Assembly (NCBI GenBank): GCA_017620205.1
Contig: JAFZQX010000019.1
Coordinates: 18,887-82,886, forward strand
Direction: 5' to 3'
DNA from: Clostridia bacterium
Lineage (GTDB): Bacteria > Bacillota > Clostridia > UMGS1883 > UMGS1540
Length of the DNA stretch: 64,000 nucleotides
The notes beneath the pieces were generated by a model. The model worked only from the letters and a program-made list of their open reading frames with translations, made no database searches and was not told where the DNA came from. Of the stretch, positions 10,758-20,541 are shown one piece after another. Numbering within the stretch: the stretch's first letter is position 1; every line of letters begins with the position of its first letter. The position numbers and the translations under genes are program-made.

Positions 10758-10850
10758 AGTGTCCGCCCTCCAAAAACAAATGTATTCAACTTAAAGAAAT
10801 ATATCATAAAAACGCTGATTTGTCAAGGGCTTTTGGGGCAAAAAATGAAT

Positions 10851-11675
10851 TTATTTCAGAAAAGTAGTAAGTGTTCCTATGTTCTCTATTTCTATATCAA
10901 CTCTGTCGCCGCTTTTAAGCCAAATCTGTTTATCTTCCGGGTAACCTGCTATTACGCCGGCCGGTGTGCCGGTAAGTATTACGTCTCCGGGCAGAAGAGT
11001 CATATACTGCGCTATATGAGAAACTATTTCAGCACAGGTAAATATCATGTTTTTAGTGTTTGAGTTCTGTCTTAATTCGCCGTTTACCCGGCTTTGGATT
11101 GTGAGGCTTGAAACATCTATACTGTCTTTAGTTACAATAGACGGTCCGAGAGGTGCAAATTTATCAAAGCTTTTTCCCAATATCCACTGTGTTGTTGCCT
11201 TTTGAACTTCACGCACGGACATATCGTTTCCTACCGTGTATCCGAATATGTATTCGTCTGCTGTGTCCTTTGTGATGTTATTGCACTCTTTTCCTATTAC
11301 AACTGTAAGCTCTGCTTCATAGTCATACTTTCCGCCTGCGTATGGAAGTTTAACTTCTTCTTCGTGCGCAGACAGGGCGTTGTTGAATTTTCCGAATACC
11401 GTAGGAACAGTAAGCTTTTGTTCGCGCAGCTCGTCTGCGTGATCTGAATAGTTAAGACCTATGCAAAGAATTTTCTGAGGAAACAGCACTGCGGGAGCGT
11501 ATTTTATTTCGCCAAGTATTTCTTCGCATTTGTCAGGATTTAATTCTTTTTTGATTTGTTCGTAATTTTTGATAACTTCATCTGTAGTAGTTTCAAAAGG
11601 GAGCTTGTGCTTTTTTTGATTTAATTCAAAACCGGCAACGGGTTTGCCTTCTCTGTAATAATTAAATATACGCAT
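10851..11675 (-). CDS. fumarylacetoacetate hydrolase (FAH) family protein
   Basis: 274 aa with FAH-fold motifs (GDVILTGTPAGV). Confidence 0.8.
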   Translation of the reverse strand: MRIFNYYREGKPVAGFELNQKKHKLPFETTTDEVIKNYEQIKKELNPDKCEEILGEIKYAPAVLFPQKILCIGLNYSDHADELREQKLTVPTVFGKFNNALSAHEEEVKLPYAGGKYDYEAELTVVIGKECNNITKDTADEYIFGYTVGNDMSVREVQKATTQWILGKSFDKFAPLGPSIVTKDSIDVSSLTIQSRVNGELRQNSNTKNMIFTCAEIVSHIAQYMTLLPGDVILTGTPAGVIAGYPEDKQIWLKSGDRVDIEIENIGTLTTFLK

Positions 11676-11798
11676 ATTTTGATCTCCGTTTATTATTCTT
11701 CTGAAATATTATATTATAATTTTAAATAAATGTAAAGTTAATAATGCAAAGTTTTGATTGTATAAATTTTTTAAAAACAGAAAAAAATATACACGGAA

Positions 11799-13346
11799 GT
11801 GATTTTGTTGCGTGATTATTTAATAAAGAAGCTAAACGGCGTTTTTTATAAGAGAGACGAGCCCCAAAGTCAATCGCCGCTTTCGGATGAAATAAAAATA
11901 TCCGGATATTTAAATACAAATCTCGAAATTGTTCGTAAGATTACAAAAAACTGTTCCGATGTTATCATACGTGAGTTTTTAATGGGCAATATTCGCGCGG
12001 CAGTAATATATATAGACGGACTTGTAAATACTCTTTCCGTAGATCAAACCGTTATTAAAACTCTTATGTACGGAACGGACGATAATTGTGAGCCATGCTG
12101 TATTGATGAAATAATAAACAAGCTTATTGTTTCGGGAGAAATAAAAAAAGTTAACACTGTAAACGATGGGTTTGAAGGCTTTTTGTCCGGCGACACGTTT
12201 CTGATGGCCGACGGAATAAAGGAAGGATTGATAATCAATACAAAGGGCTTTGAAAAAAGAAGTGTTGACGACCCTCAAACAGATTCTGTAATAAGAGGTT
12301 CAAGAGAAGGGTTCATTGAGAATATACGAACAAATACTGCACTTCTGCGGCGCAGAATAAAAAGCGTATCACTGTGTGTAGAAAATATAAAGATCGGAAG
12401 AGAAACAAAAACCGCTGTAGATATAATCTATCTTGAAAATGTTGCAAACAGTGAGCTGATTTCAGAAATTAAAAGAAGACTTATAAAAATAGACATTGAC
12501 GGTATACTTGACTCCGGATATCTTCAGTATTTTCTTGACGATAATCCAAAGTCTGTTTTTTCTCTTGTTGACAGTACGGAAAAACCGGACATTGCCGCCG
12601 CTAAAATATTGGAGGGAAGGGCGGCGGTTGTTGTTGACGGGTCGCCTTTTGTTTTGACAGCGCCTATGTATTTCGGCGAAAGCTTTCAGTCTCCAGAGGA
12701 TTATTATATTCACTCCGTTGCCGCAACAATGCTCAGAGTAATAAGATACCTATCGTTTTTTGTAAGTATTCTGGCACTTCCTGCATATGTTGCGCTTACA
12801 ACCTTTCATCAGGAGCTTATACCGACGCAGCTTTTATATACAATGGCTGCAGCAGAGTCAGGAACACCGTTTGCAAGCTTTATTGAAGCTTTAATGATGA
12901 CTGTTGTTTTTGAGATACTTAAGGAAGCGGGCGTAAGACTTCCAAAACCGGTAGGGCAGGCCGTAAGCATTGTAGGGGCTCTTGTGATAGGAGAAACCGC
13001 TGTTTCTGCAGGTCTTATTGGTGCACCGATGGTAATAGCTGTATCTATTACTGCCGTGACTGCTTTTGTAACACCGGCGCAGGCAAATACCATTGTGCTG
13101 CTGAGGTATATTCTTTTGGTGCTTTCTGCCGTTCTTGGCGGGTTTGGAATAACTGTAGGCCTTCTTGGAATACTGATCCATCTGATGTCATTAAAATCTT
13201 TCGGAACGCCATACCTTGCACCTCTGGCGCCTTTGCGCATATCAGACCTTAAAGATACGGTATTCTTAGCGCCTGTGCGTGCAAGACTTACACGCCCGCA
13301 CGGGTTGTCACGCAAGAATCCGATTAGACAAAAGCTTTCTGATTAA
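11799..13346 (+). CDS. spore germination protein, GerA family A subunit
   Basis: 515 aa with a soluble N-terminal domain and a C-terminal 5-6 TM domain typical of GerAA/GerKA. Start is GTG/TTG. It is the first gene of an A-C-B operon. Confidence 0.85.
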   Translation: MILLRDYLIKKLNGVFYKRDEPQSQSPLSDEIKISGYLNTNLEIVRKITKNCSDVIIREFLMGNIRAAVIYIDGLVNTLSVDQTVIKTLMYGTDDNCEPCCIDEIINKLIVSGEIKKVNTVNDGFEGFLSGDTFLMADGIKEGLIINTKGFEKRSVDDPQTDSVIRGSREGFIENIRTNTALLRRRIKSVSLCVENIKIGRETKTAVDIIYLENVANSELISEIKRRLIKIDIDGILDSGYLQYFLDDNPKSVFSLVDSTEKPDIAAAKILEGRAAVVVDGSPFVLTAPMYFGESFQSPEDYYIHSVAATMLRVIRYLSFFVSILALPAYVALTTFHQELIPTQLLYTMAAAESGTPFASFIEALMMTVVFEILKEAGVRLPKPVGQAVSIVGALVIGETAVSAGLIGAPMVIAVSITAVTAFVTPAQANTIVLLRYILLVLSAVLGGFGITVGLLGILIHLMSLKSFGTPYLAPLAPLRISDLKDTVFLAPVRARLTRPHGLSRKNPIRQKLSD

Positions 13347-13366
13347 ACTGAAAAGGGATTGTTTGT

Positions 13367-14488
13367 TTGAAATATTTCAGAATTACTGTCAGCCTTATGA
13401 TGATAATGGTGCTCTCCGGATGCTGGAGCAGCAGAGAGCTTGATGAGTTGGCCGTTGTAATGGGAATCGGCATAGATAAAAGCGGAGATCACCTGGAGTG
13501 CTGTACGCAGGTCATTGTGCCGCAAAACGTCGGATCCGGTGAAGAAGGAGGCGCACACGGTGAAAAACCTTATACAAATTTTATTACCGAAGGTAAAGAA
13601 TTATCAACGTGTATAAGTAAAGTGTCCGACACTACCGGAAAGTATGTGTTTATGTCTCATAATCTTATTGCAGTGTTAGATGAAGACGCGGCAAGTGACG
13701 GTATATATAAATATCTTGACTATTTAATGAGAGACAACCAATTAAGGCTCAGCGTATGTCTGTTTGTAACCGATAAAAGCCCGGAAGAAGTGTTTAATGC
13801 CGAAGCTCCGCTTTTTGAAATTCCGTCAATAAATCTTTCAAAAATATCTGAAGGATTTCCGGAAAGCTTATCAGGACAAAATGTTACGGTTTTGGATTTC
13901 ATTAACAACATGATGTGCAAAAAGAAAGGAAGTTTAGTACCTTTTATAACTCTTGTTGACGGTAAAATAAAAGTTTGCGGATCGGCTGTGTTTAACGGTG
14001 ATAAAATGACCGGAAGGCTGGATGAGGAAGATTTAAAAGGCGTTTTGTGGATTATAGGCGATCTGAAAGGCGGAGATATAGTATTAGACATAAACAATAA
14101 TACTTTAAGCTTGCGTATAGGTAGAATCAAGTCAAAAACATTTCCCGTACTTGACAAAAACGGAGAAATTTATATTAAAGCTGAAATCCGCGGTGATTTA
14201 TATTTGGTGAGTGATGACGCAAATATGATAAATACAATAGGAATGGACGCCGTGGTTGAAAAGTTAAACCAATCTGTAGAAAAAGAGATTTTGACATCTT
14301 TGAGTAAAACGAAAAAAATGGGTGTTGATATATATGGGTTCGGAGATATGATTTACAGAAAGAATCCTGCCGTTTGGCGCGCCATAGAAAATACTTGGGA
14401 GAACAGATTTAAAGAAATACGGGTTGATATTTCGGCGGATTTTAGTATCATAGAGACGGGAAGTATTATAGGCAGTGTAAAAAAGTAG
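13367..14488 (+). CDS. germinant receptor C subunit lipoprotein (Ger(x)C family)
   Basis: 373 aa with a signal peptide and lipobox (LSGCWSS). Family and operon position match. Confidence 0.8.
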   Translation: MKYFRITVSLMMIMVLSGCWSSRELDELAVVMGIGIDKSGDHLECCTQVIVPQNVGSGEEGGAHGEKPYTNFITEGKELSTCISKVSDTTGKYVFMSHNLIAVLDEDAASDGIYKYLDYLMRDNQLRLSVCLFVTDKSPEEVFNAEAPLFEIPSINLSKISEGFPESLSGQNVTVLDFINNMMCKKKGSLVPFITLVDGKIKVCGSAVFNGDKMTGRLDEEDLKGVLWIIGDLKGGDIVLDINNNTLSLRIGRIKSKTFPVLDKNGEIYIKAEIRGDLYLVSDDANMINTIGMDAVVEKLNQSVEKEILTSLSKTKKMGVDIYGFGDMIYRKNPAVWRAIENTWENRFKEIRVDISADFSIIETGSIIGSVKK

Positions 14489-14506
14489 CTTATACGGAGT
14501 AATTGT

Positions 14507-15583
14507 ATGGATATCAACAGAAGAAATATGGCATTTACCGTCGCACTGTTTTTAGGCGGTGCAATGCTTTTAACATCATATGTTACGGATATTACATCTT
14601 GGGAAGCGTGGGTACCGGCGCTTCTTGCTTTTTTTCTTTCGTTTGCGGTTGTAAGTATTTATTTAAAGCTAACAAAAAAATATCCGGAAAAACATTTGCC
14701 GGAAATATTTGTTTGTGTTTTTGGAAAATGTGCAGGTTACGCCGTGTCCTGGGCTTATGTTTTTTTCTTTTTGGTCATTGCTTGTTTTAACACGTATTCT
14801 GTCAGCTCTTTCTTTGTTGGTTATGTTATGCCGGAAACCCCGGATATCGTCTTTACGGTAATTTTTGTTTTTATTTGCTCGCGGGCAGTGCGTCTCGGTA
14901 TTGAAAACATAACCAAGATAAGCATTTTCATCTTCTTTTTAATTTCTCTTTTTATTATATTAAATTTTATTCTGCTGCTTTCTCAAATGAAAATCAGTAA
15001 TTTCCTGCCGCTTTTTGACCATAGCTTTTACGAATATTTACAAGCAGCGCATACGGAGCTTATGAATCCTTTTGGTGAAACGGTTGTTTTTTTGATGTTC
15101 GCGGACAAAATCAAGAATAACGATTTTAGAAGTGCACTGATTTGGGGCATTATTATAGGCGGCGTGATGCTTATGCTTGTTGTAATACGCTCTGTTGCAG
15201 TACTTGGCGTTACAATTTCAATTTCGGCAGTTCCGTCTTACGAGGTTTTAAGACTTATTAATATAAAAAATATGATAACGCGTATAGAAACATTGTATTC
15301 ATTTCTGCTTTTGATTCTTGGCTTTTTTAAGGTATCTATCATATACTGCGCAATATCCCGTTTAACAGCGTATCTGACGGGACTTAAAACCGAAAAAAGT
15401 ATTATTAATTCTGTCGGCGCATTTTTAGCTTGTATGACCGCCGTCTCTTTTACTTCCGGGTTTGACAGCGTCAATTGGGGAACAAAGTATGCGGCGTTTT
15501 TTGCCACGCCTTTTGTTTTTATTATTCCGTGCTTTTTGCTTTTGGTTATTACGGTTAAACGAAAAGGGGAGAAAGCTAAATGA
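14507..15583 (+). CDS. germinant receptor B subunit (APC-superfamily permease-like)
   Basis: 358 aa with about 10 TM helices. It is the third gene of the ger operon. Confidence 0.8.
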   Translation: MDINRRNMAFTVALFLGGAMLLTSYVTDITSWEAWVPALLAFFLSFAVVSIYLKLTKKYPEKHLPEIFVCVFGKCAGYAVSWAYVFFFLVIACFNTYSVSSFFVGYVMPETPDIVFTVIFVFICSRAVRLGIENITKISIFIFFLISLFIILNFILLLSQMKISNFLPLFDHSFYEYLQAAHTELMNPFGETVVFLMFADKIKNNDFRSALIWGIIIGGVMLMLVVIRSVAVLGVTISISAVPSYEVLRLINIKNMITRIETLYSFLLLILGFFKVSIIYCAISRLTAYLTGLKTEKSIINSVGAFLACMTAVSFTSGFDSVNWGTKYAAFFATPFVFIIPCFLLLVITVKRKGEKAK

Positions 15584-15783
15584 TTATTACTCTTGCCGCT
15601 TTTTTATATATTTGGCTGTCTGATTTTAAGAATACAAAAGGCAATATAAAAGAGAGAGCTGTGTTTCTGCTTCTTTTCACGCTCTCTCTTGCATTAGCAA
15701 TATTAATCTCTGCGGGAGTTAAAACTATATCTCCCATAAAGGCAATACAAACATTGTTTGATTTTTTGCATATCAGCTATTAA
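15580..15783 (+). CDS. small two-TM membrane protein, possible germinant-receptor D-type accessory subunit
   Basis: 67-aa ORF that overlaps the gerB-type stop by 4 bp and has two hydrophobic helices. Some ger operons in other species carry a small fourth gene. Confidence 0.4.
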   Translation: MIITLAAFLYIWLSDFKNTKGNIKERAVFLLLFTLSLALAILISAGVKTISPIKAIQTLFDFLHISY

Positions 15784-17158
15784 GGAAAATGTCACCTACT
15801 TTGTAGATATCTCCTGCGCCCATGGTTATAATTAAGTCTCCGCTTCCGGCGTTTTCTTTTAAGAATTCTGCGCAAGCTTCAAAAGAGGGAAAGTATTTGC
15901 AGCCGTCAATATCACCGGCAAGCTGTTTTGAGCTTACAATACCTGTGTCTTTTTCTCTTGCTGCGTATATATCAAGCATTAGAATATTTGCACGGGTCGA
16001 GCTGAATGCGTCAATAAACTCGTTGTAAAGACTTTTTGTTCTTGTATAAGTGTGGGGCTGAAAAGCCACCCAAATACTTTTGCAGTCAATCTTTTCTGCG
16101 GTTTTAAGAGTAGCCTTAATTTCGGTTGGATGATGTGCGTAATCGTCTATAACTGTGATGCCGTCTTTTCTACCTTTTGTTTCAAATCTGCGTTTTACGC
16201 CGGTGTACGAAAGCAGACCGTCCTTAATATCTTCAAATGAGATGGCTAAACGTCTTGCTGTTGCTATAGCGCATACGGCGTTTGAAACGTTGTGAATACC
16301 CGGGACAGAAAGACTTATATTTCCGAGTAATTTACCTTTTTCGTATAAATCAAAGGAACCAAATCCCAAATCGTTCAGTTCGATATTTTTAGCACAGTAA
16401 TCAGCGTCAGATTTAACGGAACAGGTAATAAGTTCGCAATTGATATTCCGAACAGCTTTAACCGTATTTTCATTATCAATGTTTGCAACTACCGCGCCGT
16501 CTGACGGAGGCAGAAGAGCCAGCTTGTGAAAAGCGGAGATAATATGGTCTATTCCGCTGAAATAATCAAGATGGTCTTCTTCAACATTTAATATTATGCT
16601 GATATAGGGAAAAAACTTTAAAAAGCTTTCGCAGTATTCACATGCTTCGCAGACAAAGTGATCACTTTGACCTACTCTTATATTGCCGTCTATAGCAGGG
16701 AGTTCACCGCCTATGGAAATAGTTGGGTCAAGCTTCGCTTGAAGCATAATGTGTGACATCATGGATGTAGTAGATGTTTTACCGTGTGTTCCGGAAACCG
16801 CTACTGCGTATTTATATGAGCGCATAACTGCGCCCAAAAGCGTTGCACGGTCGACCATCGGAGCGCCGCTTTTTTTTGCGGCAATAAACTCTTCGTTATC
16901 TTCTTTGATTGCAGCGGTATAAACGATCAAATCACATTCTTTAATGTTAGACGCTTTCTGCCCGATATAGATGGTAGCGCCGAGCGACTTCAGCTTGTCT
17001 GTGAGATTTGACTGCTGCATATCCGATCCGCTGACTTTATATCCGCGTCCCAAAAGTATTTCCGCAAGGCCACTCATGCTTATTCCGCCAATGCCTATGA
17101 AGTGAATATGACCGTTTTTGTTTATGTCATTTATGTTGAAATTGTTCAAAAAAAACAC
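15773..17158 (-). CDS. murC: UDP-N-acetylmuramate--L-alanine ligase
   Basis: 461 aa with HFIGIGGISMSGLA and Mur ligase motifs. Confidence 0.9.
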   Translation of the reverse strand: MFFLNNFNINDINKNGHIHFIGIGGISMSGLAEILLGRGYKVSGSDMQQSNLTDKLKSLGATIYIGQKASNIKECDLIVYTAAIKEDNEEFIAAKKSGAPMVDRATLLGAVMRSYKYAVAVSGTHGKTSTTSMMSHIMLQAKLDPTISIGGELPAIDGNIRVGQSDHFVCEACEYCESFLKFFPYISIILNVEEDHLDYFSGIDHIISAFHKLALLPPSDGAVVANIDNENTVKAVRNINCELITCSVKSDADYCAKNIELNDLGFGSFDLYEKGKLLGNISLSVPGIHNVSNAVCAIATARRLAISFEDIKDGLLSYTGVKRRFETKGRKDGITVIDDYAHHPTEIKATLKTAEKIDCKSIWVAFQPHTYTRTKSLYNEFIDAFSSTRANILMLDIYAAREKDTGIVSSKQLAGDIDGCKYFPSFEACAEFLKENAGSGDLIITMGAGDIYKVGDIFLNS

Positions 17159-17239
17159 CCTTTCCGGAGTAAAAACAATAGTTTACTTATACATTATACA
17201 CCAAAATCAGAATTTTTCCATACTTTATTGAAATTTTTC

Positions 17240-17268
17240 TTGAAAAATTTTTATTTGTTTGTTATAAT
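17240..17268 (+). promoter_or_regulatory. sigma-A-type promoter for spoVG (TTGAAA-17-TATAAT)
   Basis: Consensus hexamers with a 17-nt spacer sit about 60 nt upstream of the spoVG ATG. Confidence 0.5.
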
Positions 17269-17328
17269 ATATTTAGCAAATATTTTCCTGCCTGTAGTAA
17301 GGCAAATTTCTACTTAGGAGGCTTTATA

Positions 17329-17622
17329 ATGGAAATCACGGATATTCGAATCAGAAGAATGAACTCTGAAGGCAAGATGAAAGCTGTGGTATCGGTGACA
17401 TTTGACGAATCTCTTGTAATTCATGATATTAAAGTCATCGAAGGTCAAGACAAAGTATTTATTGCCATGCCCAGCAGGAAAACGCCAAACGGCGAGTTTA
17501 AAGACATCGCGCATCCGATAAATGTTCAGATGCGCGAGAAATTACAAAACTCTATTATAGCTGCTTACGAAGCAAGCTGTAATGAAGAAGCCGAAGCTCC
17601 GTCGGAGCCCGGTGAAGAGTAA
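17329..17622 (+). CDS. spoVG: septation protein SpoVG
   Basis: 97 aa, highly conserved sequence ([12 protein letters not shown]...AHPIN). An AGGAGG RBS precedes it. Confidence 0.95.
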   Translation: MEITDIRIRRMNSEGKMKAVVSVTFDESLVIHDIKVIEGQDKVFIAMPSRKTPNGEFKDIAHPINVQMREKLQNSIIAAYEASCNEEAEAPSEPGEE

Positions 17623-17632
17623 TCTAAGTATA

Positions 17633-17661
17633 AAAAGGCAAGTTAACGCTTGCCTTTTTTA
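17633..17661 (+). terminator. rho-independent terminator after spoVG
   Basis: AAGGCAAG-ttaac-CTTGCCTT hairpin followed by a T6 run. Confidence 0.7.
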
Positions 17662-17796
17662 TAGCAAAGGATAATGCGCGCTTATGTGCGCATTTTGCTT
17701 GCTTCAAAAAAGCGCACCTTATTTTCTTCGACACGTTGGAGAAAATGTGTGATATATCAATACGCTTTTTTATCGTTAGTAGCTTTTGAAAGGGTG

Positions 17797-19167
17797 ATGT
17801 TTATGTCGAAAGTTACAGCAGTTATTATGGCGGCAGGGAAAGGCACAAGAATGAAATCAAGTCATTCAAAGCCTTTCTTTAAAGTTGCGGGCGTTCCGAT
17901 GATAAAACAGGTTTGTAATACTGCCCGCGCTGCAGGCGCTGATAATATAGTTGTTATTGTAGGACACAAAAAAGAAGAAATTATTGAAATTATGGGCGAT
18001 ACGGTTTCGTTTGCAGAGCAGACAAGAATGCTCGGTACGGGCGATGCGGTAATGAGCGCTGAAAAGCTTATACCCGACAGCGGAGAAGTTGTTATTCTAT
18101 CCGGTGACGCACCGCTTATCCGTGAAGAATCCGTAAGAGAAGCACTAAAAGCTCATCAAGACGGCGCAAACAGCGCTACGGTCTTTACCGCGGTACTGCC
18201 TGACGGCGGAAGATACGGCAGAATACTAAGAGATGAAAATGGCGGTGTTCTCGGCATTGTTGAATTTAAAGACGCAGACGAAAAACAGCGTGAAATCCGG
18301 GAAATAAACGGCGGAATGTATGTTTTCAACGCCAAAGACCTTAAAGAATCGCTTTCAAAAATCAATAATAACAATGCGCAGGGCGAGTATTATCTAACGG
18401 ATACACTCGGGATTTTAAACAGCGAAGGGAAAAAGATAGGCGCATATGTTTTAAAAGACGCAGACGAAATTCTCGGTGTAAACGATAAGTTTGAGCTTTC
18501 CAAGGTCGACAAAATTCTCAGGATGAGAATAAACGAAGCGCATGCACGCGCCGGCGTATATTTCCAGGATATTGAAAACGCTTTTATATCCCCGGAGGTA
18601 AGAATTGATCCTGACGCTGAGATATATACAGGTACAATACTTGAAGGAAATACTCATATAGCAACAGGCTGCAAAATAGGACCAAATTCACATATTACGA
18701 ACTCGATATTGCGCGAAAATGTAGTTGCAGACAATGCGGTAATAATTGATTCCGAAATAGGAAACGGTACAAAAGTAGGTCCGTTTACATATATACGCCC
18801 GGGCAGTAAGATTGGTTCAGACTGCAAGATCGGAGATTTTGTTGAAATTAAAAATTCAACGCTCGGCAACGGAACAAAGGTTTCTCACCTTACTTACATA
18901 GGCGACAGCGACGTCGGCGAGAAGGTTAACTTCGGCTGCGGCACGGTAACGTCAAATTATGACGGCAAAAAGAAGTACAGATCCACAATAGGTAACAGAG
19001 CATTTATCGGATGCAACACGAATCTTGTTTCACCGGTAACGGTAGGTGATGATGCGTATATTGCTGCGGGATCTACTATTACAGACGAAGTACCGGGCAA
19101 ATCACTTGCTATCGCACGTGCGAGACAGGTTGTTAAAAAAGATTGGAAAGATAAAAGAGATATGTAA
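17797..19167 (+). CDS. glmU: bifunctional UDP-GlcNAc pyrophosphorylase / GlcN-1-P N-acetyltransferase
   Basis: N-terminal nucleotidyltransferase motif (AAGKGTRMKS) and a C-terminal left-handed beta-helix with hexapeptide repeats. The ORF is open from 17674, but the likely start is ATG 17797 after a GGGTG RBS. Confidence 0.9.
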   Translation: MFMSKVTAVIMAAGKGTRMKSSHSKPFFKVAGVPMIKQVCNTARAAGADNIVVIVGHKKEEIIEIMGDTVSFAEQTRMLGTGDAVMSAEKLIPDSGEVVILSGDAPLIREESVREALKAHQDGANSATVFTAVLPDGGRYGRILRDENGGVLGIVEFKDADEKQREIREINGGMYVFNAKDLKESLSKINNNNAQGEYYLTDTLGILNSEGKKIGAYVLKDADEILGVNDKFELSKVDKILRMRINEAHARAGVYFQDIENAFISPEVRIDPDAEIYTGTILEGNTHIATGCKIGPNSHITNSILRENVVADNAVIIDSEIGNGTKVGPFTYIRPGSKIGSDCKIGDFVEIKNSTLGNGTKVSHLTYIGDSDVGEKVNFGCGTVTSNYDGKKKYRSTIGNRAFIGCNTNLVSPVTVGDDAYIAAGSTITDEVPGKSLAIARARQVVKKDWKDKRDM

Positions 19168-19394
19168 GGGCCGGCTCACTATGCGCAGACCGCAAATGGC
19201 ATGAATAAAGTTAGTTGAAACATATATCGGTTTGCTTTTATTAACAGATGTAAAAATTCGTATTGACAAATTTTTTGAAAATACTGCTTTTGCTGCGAAC
19301 AAACGTCACCTCTTAACGCACCTTTGTACGTCTTCGGATTCGTTTGTCTGTTCTGCACTATATTGAGATGCCCATCTTGAAAGGATGAAACACA

Positions 19395-20411
19395 ATGATA
19401 ACACATGGAAAAGACATTAAAATTTTTGCTGGAAACTCCAGCAAAAAACTTGCAAGCGAGATTGTTGAGGCGCTTAAACAAAAAGTTGCCGAATACAAAA
19501 TAACGGAGCTTGATTCCGGTGAAACAAGGGTGGCTGAGATTTCTCTCGGCAAATCCGAAGTGGGTCACTTCAGCGACGGTGAAATATATGTAAATACATA
19601 CGAAACCGTTCGCGGAAGCGATGTATTTATAGTTCAGTCTACATGTGACCCCGTAAATAATAACCTGATGGAACTGCTTATTATGATTGACGCGTTTAAA
19701 AGAGCGTCCGCAGGCAGAATTACTGCGGTTATTCCTTATTACGGCTACGCAAGACAGGACAGAAAAGCAAAAGCGAGAGATCCGATCTCGGCAAAACTCG
19801 TGGCTGACCTTATTGCTTGTGCCGGCGCAGACAGAGTGCTTACAATGGATTTGCACGCTGCGCAGATACAGGGCTTTTTCGATATCCCTGTTGACCACCT
19901 TTTAGGTGTTCCGCGTCTTTATCCTTATTATAAAGAAAAATTTGCAGATAATATGGACGATGTTGTTGTTGTATCTCCCGACTTCGGAAGCGTTACGAGA
20001 GCGAGAAACTTTGCAAGAGGCTTAAACGCGCCTATCGCAATTATTGATAAGCGCCGCCCGAAACCTAATGTTGCAGAGGTTATGAATATAATCGGCGATA
20101 TTAAAGACAAAACGGTTATTTTGGTTGACGATATGATAGACACTGCGGGTACAATAACACACGGCGCGCAGGCGCTTATTGACAGAGGCGCAAAAGAGAT
20201 TTACGCTTGCTGTACGCACCCCGTGCTTTCGGGACCTGCTATTGAAAGAATAGAGGCTTCTCCCATAAAAGAGCTTGTTGTGCTTGATACAATTGAGCTT
20301 CCGGAAGAGAAGAAAATCGACAAAATTAAGGTTTTGTCTGTTGCTGATCTTTTTGCAGAGGCAATCAAGAGAGTTTATGCAGATATTTCTGTAAGCCCAT
20401 TGTTCTTATAA
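19395..20411 (+). CDS. prs: ribose-phosphate pyrophosphokinase
   Basis: 338 aa with the PRPP synthetase signature ([26 protein letters not shown]). Gene order spoVG-glmU-prs is conserved. Confidence 0.9.
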   Translation: MITHGKDIKIFAGNSSKKLASEIVEALKQKVAEYKITELDSGETRVAEISLGKSEVGHFSDGEIYVNTYETVRGSDVFIVQSTCDPVNNNLMELLIMIDAFKRASAGRITAVIPYYGYARQDRKAKARDPISAKLVADLIACAGADRVLTMDLHAAQIQGFFDIPVDHLLGVPRLYPYYKEKFADNMDDVVVVSPDFGSVTRARNFARGLNAPIAIIDKRRPKPNVAEVMNIIGDIKDKTVILVDDMIDTAGTITHGAQALIDRGAKEIYACCTHPVLSGPAIERIEASPIKELVVLDTIELPEEKKIDKIKVLSVADLFAEAIKRVYADISVSPLFL

Positions 20412-20422
20412 TGCTTATTCGA

Positions 20423-20456
20423 GCCGTGAGATTAAGTCTCACGGCTTATTTTTGTG
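20423..20456 (+). terminator. rho-independent terminator after prs
   Basis: GCCGTGAGA-ttaa-TCTCACGGC perfect hairpin followed by a T-rich tract. Confidence 0.75.
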
Positions 20457-20464
20457 TTTTCTAT

Positions 20465-20492
20465 TGACTGCAAGTAAGATAGGATATATAAT
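20465..20492 (+). promoter_or_regulatory. sigma-A-type promoter for glnA (TTGACT-16/17-TATAAT)
   Basis: Consensus hexamers sit about 50 nt upstream of the glnA start. Confidence 0.45.
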
Positions 20493-20541
20493 AGAGCTAT
20501 ATTTTTTTTGAATAAACCCCGTTTGAAAGGAATGGTTATAT

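Noticed and set aside
10758-10850. Lysine or threonine riboswitch or attenuator upstream of the ACT-hom-ask operon
   Set aside because: The intergenic region is only about 90 bp, too short for an L-box, and shows no conserved riboswitch segments.
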